From Fimbriimonadales bacterium (GTDB lineage Bacteria; Armatimonadota; Fimbriimonadia; Fimbriimonadales; JABRVX01): DNA of 64,000 bases. The position numbers and the translations under genes are program-made. The first letter of the stretch is position 1; the number at the start of each line of letters is the position of its first letter. The stretch is from positions 981 to 64,980 of the forward strand of contig BTVI01000019.1 of the NCBI GenBank assembly GCA_045862955.1, read 5' to 3'. Shown piece after piece: positions 8,460 through 16,959 of this stretch. Below the pieces are notes generated by a model. It did no database searches, had not been told where the DNA came from, and worked only from the letters and a program-made list of their open reading frames with translations.

Positions 8460-10279
8460 GCGATCACACTGTCACGGTGCTGCCCGAGGGTAGTCGGCTC
8501 GAGGCAAGGACTGGACAACCGTTGCTCGACGCGCTCCATGATCTCCGGCACTTCATTCCCGCCGACTGCGGCGGCCTGGGCACGTGCGGTAAGTGCCGCG
8601 TGCAGGTGCTACAGGGTCGGACAACGCTGAACGACATCGAGCGCAAGCAGCTTACGGAGCTGGAGATCGATCAGGGTATGCGCCTCGCTTGCCAACAGCG
8701 AGTGGAAGGTGACTTGTGGCTCACCCTGCCGCTCCGAGTGGAGACCGAGGACGAGACCAAGACACGCGGCGTCGAGTCTCTGCGAGAATACCCGCTAGAC
8801 CATGGCATCACCAAGAGTGTTATAGCGATACCGAAGGAGGCACCGGACAACGCTCGTTCGTGGCTGCAGGTGGCAGGATTGAGTCCTCCGGATTCCTCGC
8901 TCCTGCGCGTAGCTCGGTCGCTTGCCCGGTTGCGTGCTGCAGAAAAAGACGTTGCGACGTGCGTGTACGCAGACGGTGAGTTGCTGGCCTTAGAGGAAGG
9001 CGATACGCGTGACGAAGCCTTTGCCCTGGCGATAGACATCGGGACTACTACCATCGCAGGCTACCTGGTGTCTCTGAAGGGCGATGGCGTGGTGGCAGCG
9101 GCTTCGTGTGCAAATAGCCAGGGTCGCTGGGGCTCGGACGTCCTGAGCCGGATCACCGCAGTGACCGAGCAAGACAGTCGGCTGGCCGAGATGCAACGAG
9201 AGGTGCGAGACGACATCAATCGGCTGATTGCCGAGATGTGCCGGCGTGCGAAGGTGCGGCAGCATCGAATCTATCGGCTGTGTGTGGTAGGAAATCCGAC
9301 GATGGCCTGCCTGATGTTAGGTATTCATCCCGTGACACTGGGCATGTCACCCTACGCTCCGCTGACTACGAAGGAGATCGCCTTTGTCGCATCGGAGTTA
9401 CACCTCTCTCTGCCCGATACCGCGCGATGTGTGTTTGCGCCGTGTGTGTCGGGGTACGTTGGTGCCGACCTGGTGGCCGCGGCGGTGGCTACGGACCTCG
9501 ACCGCCGGGACGAGCTCGCGTTTCTGTTGGACGTAGGTACCAACGGTGAGACGCTGCTGGGCAATCGGCATGGTGTTTTGGGTGGTAGCAACGCTGCGGG
9601 ACCCGCCTTCGAGGGTGCGCGTATCAGCCAGGGAATGCGAGCGAGCCGAGGCGCGATCGAGAGGGTGCGGATCGACGACGGCGAAGTACAGCTGGGCGTA
9701 ATAGGTGATGCGCCCCCACGCGGCATCTGCGGATCGGGGCTGATTGATGCAGTAGCGGCGCTGTTGAACGCCGGTGTGGTGGAGTCGACGGGCAGAGTTC
9801 TGGCACCCGAGGAGTGCCCGCCGTCTCTGATGGACAGAGTGGTACCTAGCCAGGGGGGATACGGTTTCGTGTTAGCAGCCGAGTCCGAGACCGCGCTCGG
9901 CAAGCCGGTGATGCTAACTCAGCGGGACATTCGCGAGGTACAGCTCGCGACGGGAGCAATCGCTGCGGGTAGGCGCATTCTGTGCCGTGAAGCGGGGCTG
10001 GACGAGACGGAGCTTCCGCGTGTGCTAGTTGCCGGCGCGTTCGGGAGTCACATCGATCCGGTCGCAGCCATGCGCATCGGGTTGCTACCGAAGGTGCCGA
10101 TCGAGCGCGTCGAAAGCGTAGGAAACGCTGCAGGCTACGGTGCCTGCATGATGGCGATGAACCGAGAGGCTGAGCGCCGCGGCTGCGAGATCGCTGCGAG
10201 CACGCGCTACGTGGAGTTCGCGAGACAACCGGACTTCCAAGACCTGTTCGTCGAGTGTATGCTTTTCCCAGAAAGTTAG
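8456..10279 (+). CDS. RACo-type corrinoid activation protein: N-terminal [2Fe-2S] ferredoxin plus an ASKHA ATPase (DUF4445-like) domain
   Basis: Start at MSDHTVTVLPEG, overlapping the upstream stop (ATGA). Plant-type ferredoxin cysteines are CGGLGTCGKCRV...LACQ. ASKHA phosphate motifs are AIDIGTTTIAGY and LLDVGTNGETL. Confidence 0.75.
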   Translation: MSDHTVTVLPEGSRLEARTGQPLLDALHDLRHFIPADCGGLGTCGKCRVQVLQGRTTLNDIERKQLTELEIDQGMRLACQQRVEGDLWLTLPLRVETEDETKTRGVESLREYPLDHGITKSVIAIPKEAPDNARSWLQVAGLSPPDSSLLRVARSLARLRAAEKDVATCVYADGELLALEEGDTRDEAFALAIDIGTTTIAGYLVSLKGDGVVAAASCANSQGRWGSDVLSRITAVTEQDSRLAEMQREVRDDINRLIAEMCRRAKVRQHRIYRLCVVGNPTMACLMLGIHPVTLGMSPYAPLTTKEIAFVASELHLSLPDTARCVFAPCVSGYVGADLVAAAVATDLDRRDELAFLLDVGTNGETLLGNRHGVLGGSNAAGPAFEGARISQGMRASRGAIERVRIDDGEVQLGVIGDAPPRGICGSGLIDAVAALLNAGVVESTGRVLAPEECPPSLMDRVVPSQGGYGFVLAAESETALGKPVMLTQRDIREVQLATGAIAAGRRILCREAGLDETELPRVLVAGAFGSHIDPVAAMRIGLLPKVPIERVESVGNAAGYGACMMAMNREAERRGCEIAASTRYVEFARQPDFQDLFVECMLFPES

Positions 10280-10647
10280 TGTGAGGTCTCGGACTCGTTC
10301 GGCTCGTCGTGCTCCTCCGACTCGTTCGACTTGTCAGCCTCCTTGTTTGCAGCCTGCACCTTCTCGTCGAAACCAGCCGTGTATTTGTCAGGATCGCGGT
10401 CGAATTCCGCTTTGCACGAGGGGCACTGGAAGTAGTAGCGCTTGCCTTCGTATACGGATGTAGGGGCAGCCTTCACGTCTTCGATTCGGTGCCCCGTCAC
10501 CGGGCAGATGGGTGGCATGTCTTGCACGGCTGCTGCCGTCTTGAGCGAAGAACCACCCGTCGCAGTCGGCTGCTCGGGCGCCCCGCCACATCCAGCCATG
10601 AGAACCACGACGCAGATACCTGTTAGTACGAACCAGCTTGCTCTCAT
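10276..10647 (-). CDS. Lipoprotein with a YHS/TRASH-type metal-binding domain
   Basis: Signal peptide with lipobox VVLMAGC. PICPVTGHRIEDVKAAPTSVYEGKRYYFQCPSCKAEFDRDPDKY resembles a YHS domain. The tail is acidic. Confidence 0.6.
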   Translation of the reverse strand: MRASWFVLTGICVVVLMAGCGGAPEQPTATGGSSLKTAAAVQDMPPICPVTGHRIEDVKAAPTSVYEGKRYYFQCPSCKAEFDRDPDKYTAGFDEKVQAANKEADKSNESEEHDEPNESETSH

Positions 10648-10689
10648 ACCCCTAGCCTCTCGGTTTCAGAATCGAGTCTCGAATCGCTA

Positions 10690-12759
10690 TCACCGCCGGC
10701 GCGCACCGAGCGTCTCCAGCCCTGAGAATACCCGCTCGCGCACCTCGTTCGCCTCCTCGTCAGTTAGCGTGCCGTCCGCCTTGCGCAGCGTCAGCGCCAG
10801 TGCGAGGCTATGCGAGCCTTCGGGAATGCCCTTACCTCGATATACGTCGAACAGCCAAACTTCTTCCAATACCTCTCCCGCGCGGTCCCGCACCACTTGC
10901 TCGACTTCGGCATACGTTACGCTCTTCGGCACCACGAAGGCAATGTCGCGCCGGACCGAAGGGAACCTAGGCGGCGGAGAGAACCGCGGGGCTTCCGCGC
11001 AAGCCACCATCAGCGCATCCACGTCGAACTCCGCAATCTGGCTACCGAGAGGCAGGTCCATTCGTTCGGAGAGGCTGGGGTGGACCTCGCCGACGAAGCC
11101 CAAGGTCTGCTTGGCGGCCAGCACGTCTGCCGCGCGGCCCGGGTGCAGCCTGTCGTCCGAGCGGGGCACGAAGGCCGGCCGTATTCCGAGTGTCTCCAAC
11201 AGTCCACTCAACAGACCTTTGGCATCGAAGAAGCCGAAGTGCGGACCCTTCTCGCCGACGTGCCAGCTGACTGGCTCCTTCCGCCCACAGAGAAATAGCG
11301 CGAGGTGCTTGCCCTCCTCGTATCCTTGGTCGCGGCGCCGGAACACGCGGCCGATCTCGAAGAGTGCAATGTCCAAGATTCCGCGGTTCAAGTTATACAA
11401 AGCAGCCGCAGCGACACCTGCGATCAGAGTGGGCCGGAGCACGCTGAGGTCGGGGCCTGCCGGGGTACGGGGTGCCACATAGCCATCCGAATCCACGTCG
11501 TCCAGCGGCGAGGGGGCGCGGAGCGAGTGGCAGACCACTTCGTTCAGTCCGAGCGCTACCAGGCGGTCCCGAAGCTTCTCCTCGAAGGCAGTGGACTTCG
11601 ACTCCCTTCCGAGCAAGGTCCTTCCCACCGGGAGCTCGTCCGGGATGTGCTCGTACCCGTGCACCCTCCCTATCTCCTCGATGATGTCGTCTGCGCGTTT
11701 CAGGTCGGCGCGGCGCTCGGGCACGGTAACTGCCAGCTTGCCCCCGCCCGAAGGCTGCACTTTCAGGCCCAGTCGCGTGAGATAGCCCATCGCATCTCCG
11801 AGTGGTACCTTCATGCCCAGCAGAAGGTCGGCACGTGCCATGTCCAACTCGATCGTCCGTGGCTTCGGCCCCTCGGGGTACACGTCGATCACCCCGCGCA
11901 CGGGTGCAACGCCGGTCTCGCGCTCGATCAGCCGGCAAGCCCGGTTCAGCGCCGTGACCACGCCGCCAGGGTCCACGCTCCGCTCGAAGCGATAGCTAGA
12001 CTCGCTCTTGACTCCTACCATCTTGCTGGTGCGGCGGATGCACACGGGATCGAAGTGCGCAGACTCCAGTAGTAGGTTGTGCGTGTTCCCGGTTACCTCG
12101 GACTCGGCGCCGCCCATGACTCCTGCCAGTGCCACCGGGTGATCCTCATCACAGATCGCTAACATCTCGGATGTAAGGCTCACTTCGGTGCCGTCAATGG
12201 TAGTAATCGTCTCCCCGTCCCGAGCACGCCTGACTACCACACGACCACCATGTAGCAAGTCGTGGTCGAACGCATGCAGTGGCTGACCCAGCTCGAGCAG
12301 AACGTAGTTCGTGACATCCACGATGTTCGAGATAGGTCGCATTCCGCACGCAGTCAGACGACTCTGCATCAGCGCAGACGAGGGCCCGATGTCGAAGCCA
12401 CGGACCAAACGTGCGCCGTATCGAGGGCAGAGGTCGGGAGCTTCGATGGTGACAGAGGCGTAGGAGGAACAGTCATATGGCCCGTCCTCATCACCGTAAG
12501 CCCATCCGTGCCGGTAGTCGTCCCAGGCCGACGTGGGTTTGCAGCGATCCGCGAGCTTCGCGATGATCTCGCGCGCGAGCCCAACCACGCTCAGACAATC
12601 TCCCCGGTTCGGTGTTACCTTCACATCCAGCACCGGCCCGAGGTCACTGTCACCGATGCCCTCGACCTCGAGCCCGGCGAGCGTCAGCAGCGTGGCCGTC
12701 TCGTCGGCGCTCAGGTCGAACTCCACATATTCCTTCAGCCATTCCAATGTGACGAGCAT
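10690..12759 (-). CDS. pheT: Phenylalanine--tRNA ligase beta subunit (short form lacking the B2 tRNA-binding OB domain)
   Basis: 689 aa. It has the MLVTLEWLKEYV N-terminus, B3/4, B5 and FDX-ACB-like C-terminal regions. It lies immediately downstream of pheS. Confidence 0.9.
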   Translation of the reverse strand: MLVTLEWLKEYVEFDLSADETATLLTLAGLEVEGIGDSDLGPVLDVKVTPNRGDCLSVVGLAREIIAKLADRCKPTSAWDDYRHGWAYGDEDGPYDCSSYASVTIEAPDLCPRYGARLVRGFDIGPSSALMQSRLTACGMRPISNIVDVTNYVLLELGQPLHAFDHDLLHGGRVVVRRARDGETITTIDGTEVSLTSEMLAICDEDHPVALAGVMGGAESEVTGNTHNLLLESAHFDPVCIRRTSKMVGVKSESSYRFERSVDPGGVVTALNRACRLIERETGVAPVRGVIDVYPEGPKPRTIELDMARADLLLGMKVPLGDAMGYLTRLGLKVQPSGGGKLAVTVPERRADLKRADDIIEEIGRVHGYEHIPDELPVGRTLLGRESKSTAFEEKLRDRLVALGLNEVVCHSLRAPSPLDDVDSDGYVAPRTPAGPDLSVLRPTLIAGVAAAALYNLNRGILDIALFEIGRVFRRRDQGYEEGKHLALFLCGRKEPVSWHVGEKGPHFGFFDAKGLLSGLLETLGIRPAFVPRSDDRLHPGRAADVLAAKQTLGFVGEVHPSLSERMDLPLGSQIAEFDVDALMVACAEAPRFSPPPRFPSVRRDIAFVVPKSVTYAEVEQVVRDRAGEVLEEVWLFDVYRGKGIPEGSHSLALALTLRKADGTLTDEEANEVRERVFSGLETLGARRR

Positions 12760-12765
12760 CTGGAC

Positions 12766-13788
12766 CTATCCTCCGAACTGGCGCAGGAAGCGCAGGTCGT
12801 TGTCCGTGAAGTAGCGTAGGTCATCGACTCCGAACTGCAGCATCGGGATTCTTTCTACTCCCAAGCCGAACGCGAAGCCCGAGTACCGTGAGGTGTCAAT
12901 GCCATAGTTCTCCAAGATGTCCGGGTGCACGAGACCCGCTCCACCCAGTTCGATCCACCCAGACTTCTTGCAGATACCACACCCCGCTCCACCGCAGAAG
13001 ATGCAAGTGATCGCATAGTCCACTCCCGGCTCGACGAAAGGAAAGAAGTCGGGTCGGAAGCGCACGTTCACGTTTTCGCCGAACATCAGCCGGGCGAACT
13101 GTGCAAGGGTGCCCTTCAGGTGCGCCATGCTCACCCCTTCGTCCACCATGAATGCGTCCACTTGGTGGAACGTGTGTGAGTGCGTTCTGTCCACCGCCTC
13201 GTTCCGGAAACAGCGGCCGATGGTGAAGATACGGAACGGGGGCTTACGTACCTCGAAGATGCGCCCTTGGAACGACGTGGTCTGTGTACGCAACAGGTGC
13301 ACGTCGTCGATCCAGAACGTATCCTGATCGTCCATCGCAGGGTGCTCTTCCGGGTAGTTCAGCGCTTCGAAGTTGTAACGATACTGCTCCAGCTCGGGGC
13401 CTTCGTATCTCTCGAAGCCGAGGCCGATGAGAGCCTGCGAGATGCGTCGGGCGGTCTGGCTCAGGATGTGCGCACGCCCGACACGAGGCAGGTGGCCCGG
13501 CATCGTGACGTCGACTCGCTCCGCCTCCATCCGCGCAGCAACCTCGGTCGCTTCGAGTTCAGCGCGCTTCGACTGAACGGCAGCCTCCAGCGACTGCTTC
13601 AGGGCGTTGCAGCGCTGGCCGGCGGTGGGACGCTCCTCGGGCGGCAGCTTCCCGATCCCCTTCAGAAACTCGCTCAGCACACCCTTGCGACCGAGGTACT
13701 CGGTCTCCACGGCTTCGAGTTCTGCCAGGCTCTTACACGCTGCCAGGCGTTCGTTGGCTTCTGCCTCGATTCGATCTATCTCTGCCAT
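12766..13788 (-). CDS. pheS: Phenylalanine--tRNA ligase alpha subunit
   Basis: Start re-picked at MAEIDRIEAE (ATG 13786-13788). It carries class II aaRS motifs (FRNEAVDRTHSHTFHQVD, GAGLVHP...GFAFGLGVERI). Confidence 0.9.
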   Translation of the reverse strand: MAEIDRIEAEANERLAACKSLAELEAVETEYLGRKGVLSEFLKGIGKLPPEERPTAGQRCNALKQSLEAAVQSKRAELEATEVAARMEAERVDVTMPGHLPRVGRAHILSQTARRISQALIGLGFERYEGPELEQYRYNFEALNYPEEHPAMDDQDTFWIDDVHLLRTQTTSFQGRIFEVRKPPFRIFTIGRCFRNEAVDRTHSHTFHQVDAFMVDEGVSMAHLKGTLAQFARLMFGENVNVRFRPDFFPFVEPGVDYAITCIFCGGAGCGICKKSGWIELGGAGLVHPDILENYGIDTSRYSGFAFGLGVERIPMLQFGVDDLRYFTDNDLRFLRQFGG

Positions 13789-13842
13789 CCTATTACCGTC
13801 CTGCCACTGTGCTCGATGCCGAGGGTGCGGTTGCCGGACCAC

Positions 13843-13875
13843 GAAAAAGCGCCCGCCGACCCCTCGGCGGGCGCT
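13843..13875 (-). terminator. Intrinsic terminator downstream of rplT
   Basis: The minus strand reads AGCGCCCGCCGA-GGGG-TCGGCGGGCGCT followed by TTTTC. It begins ~20 nt after the rplT stop and lies ~55 nt upstream of the pheS start. Confidence 0.7.
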
Positions 13876-13894
13876 CCGAACCTCGTGATGGGGT

Positions 13895-14245
13895 CTATGC
13901 CTGCCGAACGGAGTCGACTAGCGCCCGAAACGCGTCGGCATCATTCACGGCCATGTGCGCCAGCGTCTTGCGGTCGAGTCGAATGCCCTTGTCCGCCATG
14001 CCATGGATCAGTTCGCTGTACTTGAAGTCCAACTCTTTGCAGGCTGCGGTGAGCCGCACGATCCATTGTCGGCGGAAGTCCCGCTTCTTGTTGCGTCGGT
14101 CGCGATAGGCGTACAGGCCGGACTTCATCACCTGCTCGTTGGCACGTTTGAAGACGTTCTTCTTCCGGCCCCAGTAGCCCTCCGCCCTCTCGATGACCTT
14201 CTTGTGGCGCTTGTGGGTGGTGACTCCCCTTCGAATTCTAGCCAT
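13895..14245 (-). CDS. rplT: 50S ribosomal protein L20
   Basis: 116 aa. MARIRRGVTTHKRHKKVIERAEGYWGRKKN is a canonical L20 N-terminus. Confidence 0.95.
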   Translation of the reverse strand: MARIRRGVTTHKRHKKVIERAEGYWGRKKNVFKRANEQVMKSGLYAYRDRRNKKRDFRRQWIVRLTAACKELDFKYSELIHGMADKGIRLDRKTLAHMAVNDADAFRALVDSVRQA

Positions 14246-14257
14246 CTCTCAGCCGCC

Positions 14258-14452
14258 TCACATTCCCAACATGCGCTTCATGCGCTTCTCGAAGGCGGGG
14301 GTGAGCGTCGCGTCGCTGCCGAGTCGCCGCTTGCGATTGCCCCGCTTGTGAATGAACATGTGGCTGTCATATGCACGCCGGCGGATCAGCTTGCCCGATC
14401 CGCTTACCTTGAAGCGCTTTGCCGCCGTCTTGCTTGTCTTTAGCTTCGCCAA
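14258..14452 (-). CDS. rpmI: 50S ribosomal protein L35
   Basis: 64 aa. MAKLKTSKTAAKRFKVSGSGKLIRRRA is canonical L35. Confidence 0.95.
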   Translation of the reverse strand: MAKLKTSKTAAKRFKVSGSGKLIRRRAYDSHMFIHKRGNRKRRLGSDATLTPAFEKRMKRMLGM

Positions 14453-14504
14453 CTCATCCTCCGCCGGTGTCTCGGCAACCGGCCCTCTTCCACTCTCGAG
14501 TGAG

Positions 14505-15107
14505 TTACTTGGCCGCCTCGCCGCTCGTCTCGGGTTCTGGCTCGGCCTGTTCAGCGTCTTGCGCCTTCTTGGCAGCCTGCGCGGCTCCCGGCTTCGGCGC
14601 GAGGATCATGATCATGAAGCGCCCATCCACCTTGGGCTCGCGCTCGACGACCGCGATGTCCTGCGTAGCCTGGACGAACCTCTCCAGAGCCTGCCGACCC
14701 ATCTCGGGTCTGGTGATCTCCCTACTTCGGAACAGCACCGAGCACTTCACCTTGTGCCCTTCGTTCAGGAACCGAATCACGTTTCTCAGCTTCACTTCCA
14801 GGTCGTGATCGTCGGTCCCGGGGCGCATGCGAACGGCTTTGAGTTCCGAGACGGTCTTCTTCTTCTTTCCTTCGCGCTCGCGCTTCTCTTGTTCGTACTG
14901 GTACTTGCCGTGGTCCACGATGCGAGCCACGGGAGGGCGCACGTTCTGATTCACGAGAACCAGGTCCAGCTCCGCCTCGTGCGCCAGCGCCAGCGCCTTG
15001 TCGGCCTCCATTGTCCCGAGGTTCTCGCCGTGCTCGTTGATTACGACCAGTTCGCGGTAGAAACGCGGAATGCGCTCGTTCATGAGCGTGCGCTCGGGTG
15101 GGCGCAT
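14505..15107 (-). CDS. infC: Translation initiation factor IF-3
   Basis: NERIPRFYRELVVINEHGENLG...ARIVDHGKYQYEQEK... matches IF-3, and it sits in the conserved infC-rpmI-rplT order. The start is uncertain (ATG 15107 or 15083). The Lys/Ala-rich C-terminal tail is unusual. Confidence 0.9.
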   Translation of the reverse strand: MRPPERTLMNERIPRFYRELVVINEHGENLGTMEADKALALAHEAELDLVLVNQNVRPPVARIVDHGKYQYEQEKREREGKKKKTVSELKAVRMRPGTDDHDLEVKLRNVIRFLNEGHKVKCSVLFRSREITRPEMGRQALERFVQATQDIAVVEREPKVDGRFMIMILAPKPGAAQAAKKAQDAEQAEPEPETSGEAAK

Positions 15108-15304
15108 GTCCCGCCTAAGATGCCGGATTTCTTATCACCTTGGCCCTCTGGCCTCCTCGAGAATGTCCACGCAGTATAACCGACGCTCGAATCCGGAGTC
15201 AAGCAAGCGGTGCGTACTGCCGGGATCAGTCTCGGTTCGGTGGAACTCGGGGCTCAGGGCCCGCAGCCGCTATAGCAGGCCTTAGCCGAAGGTAGACTGC
15301 CCGC

Positions 15305-16387
15305 ATGCCTGTAACCGAAGAGATGGTCCTGGATGCGCTCCGGCCCGTTCGCGATCCCGACCTCAGCAGAAGCATCGTTGACCTCGGCTTTGTAAAGAAC
15401 ATCAAGATCTGCGGCGGCAACGTGGCCTTCACGCTGGAACTGACCACCCCGGCGTGTCCGGTCAAGGACCTCCTGCAGCAGGAGGCCCACGATGCCGTTA
15501 TCGCTCTGCCCGGGGTGGACAGCGTGAACGTGGAGATGACCGCGAAGGTCATCGAAGGGCGGACGTCGGATCACGAGCTAGTGCCCGACGTAAAGCACGT
15601 TATTGCGGTTGCCAGCGGAAAGGGTGGCGTCGGCAAGAGCACCGTGAGCTGCAACCTCGCAATCTCGCTGGCCGAAACCGGGGCATCGGTGGGGCTGGTG
15701 GACCTCGACGTGTACGGCCCGAGCATTCCGCGCATGATGGGTTGCCACGAGGAGCAGCCGCGCGTGTTCGAGCACAAGCTGGTGCCCATCCTGGCTCATG
15801 GCGTCAAGCTGATGTCCATCGGCTTCATGATGCGCGACGAGCAGGCGGGCATCTGGCGGGGGCCTATCGTGGCAGGGACCGTCCGGCAGCTCTTCGGCGA
15901 GGTGGAGTGGGGAGAGCTGGATTACCTCATCGCGGACCTGCCGCCAGGAACGGGCGATGCGCCGATGTCCGCGGCCCAGTTGGTCCCGCTCGCGGGAGTG
16001 GTGATCGTGATGACGCCGCAGGAGGTCGCAGCGCGCATCGCGAGCAAGTCCATTACGATGTTTCGTAAGATGAACTCCCCCGTCATCGGAGTCATCGAAA
16101 ACATGGCGGGGTTCGTGTGCCCCAACTGCGGCGTGGAGAGTCAGGTGTTTCCGGGGCCCGGTGGACGGGAACTGGCGCGCCAGTTCCAGGTGCCGTTCCT
16201 CGGCAGCATTCCGTTGGACCCGCTCGTCGGGGAATCGAGCGACAAGGGGCTGCCTAGCGTATTGGGTTACCCCGACCGACCCCAGGCGCATGCATTCCGC
16301 AAGATCGCAGGGCAGCTTGCCGCGCAGGTGACGATCTTCCACATGACGGGCGAGTTCGTGCCTGAGGGGTCCGCGGCTTCGGACTAG
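15305..16387 (+). CDS. apbC: Fe-S cluster carrier ATPase (Mrp/ApbC/NBP35 family) with an N-terminal DUF59 domain
   Basis: Deviant Walker A motif SGKGGVGKST. CPNCG cluster-ligand motif. The N-terminal VRDPDLSRSIVDLGFV is MIP18/DUF59-like. Confidence 0.85.
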   Translation: MPVTEEMVLDALRPVRDPDLSRSIVDLGFVKNIKICGGNVAFTLELTTPACPVKDLLQQEAHDAVIALPGVDSVNVEMTAKVIEGRTSDHELVPDVKHVIAVASGKGGVGKSTVSCNLAISLAETGASVGLVDLDVYGPSIPRMMGCHEEQPRVFEHKLVPILAHGVKLMSIGFMMRDEQAGIWRGPIVAGTVRQLFGEVEWGELDYLIADLPPGTGDAPMSAAQLVPLAGVVIVMTPQEVAARIASKSITMFRKMNSPVIGVIENMAGFVCPNCGVESQVFPGPGGRELARQFQVPFLGSIPLDPLVGESSDKGLPSVLGYPDRPQAHAFRKIAGQLAAQVTIFHMTGEFVPEGSAASD

Positions 16388-16950
16388 TCAGAGAGCGGCA
16401 TACCGTTGGCGTCGCGCATGGAGCCCGTGAGGCACATGATGCCCTCGATGAGGCCCCATAGGCCCGTGATGATCGCGCCGTACCCGCAAGTGCATATCGT
16501 AAGCAGCAGCATCACGGTGCCCACGCCGTTGTAGCCCAGATAGAATCGATGGATGCCGAACGCCCCCAGCAGGATGCCGAGGACCCCGGCAACCACCTTG
16601 CTCTTGGCTCCCACGTAGGGTGCAATAGGCGACGGCGCGTAGGGCTGGCCCACGTTGACTTGAACGTAGGGTGGTTGGCCGATGGGAGGGGGTTTGGGTG
16701 GACCTCCACGCTCGATCTCGGGGATAGGAGGCAGATCGTCGGGCATCCGTTCGCGGGCCGCGCGACGCTGCTCCGGAGTGAAGAGCTGAAAGAACTCCGT
16801 GGTTGCCCCGAGCGGCGCCCAGCCGGTCATGCCCTCGGTCCAGACCGGCGTCTCGGGCGCGAGCAGCCCATCCACGATGGCACCATGGACCTCGCTCTCG
16901 GCGAGCGGCCCCATCACTCTTCCGACTTCCGCGTAGTACCAAGCCCCCAT
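16384..16950 (-). CDS. GYF_2 (DUF4339)-like N-domain fused to a TM2 membrane domain
   Basis: The N-terminus WYYAEVGRVMGPLAESEVHGAIVDGLLAPETPVWTEGMTGWAPLG is GYF_2-like, followed by a Pro-rich linker. The C-terminus GILLGAFGIHRFYLGYNGVG is the TM2 signature. Confidence 0.6.
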   Translation of the reverse strand: MGAWYYAEVGRVMGPLAESEVHGAIVDGLLAPETPVWTEGMTGWAPLGATTEFFQLFTPEQRRAARERMPDDLPPIPEIERGGPPKPPPIGQPPYVQVNVGQPYAPSPIAPYVGAKSKVVAGVLGILLGAFGIHRFYLGYNGVGTVMLLLTICTCGYGAIITGLWGLIEGIMCLTGSMRDANGMPLSD

Positions 16951-16959
16951 ACCTTTCTC

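Noticed and set aside
13789-13894. pheST leader-peptide attenuator (E. coli pheM style) or a T-box.
   Set aside because: The hairpin plus T-tract starts only ~20 nt after the rplT stop. There is no Phe-rich mini-ORF or specifier/T-box sequence. A plain rplT terminator is the simplest reading.
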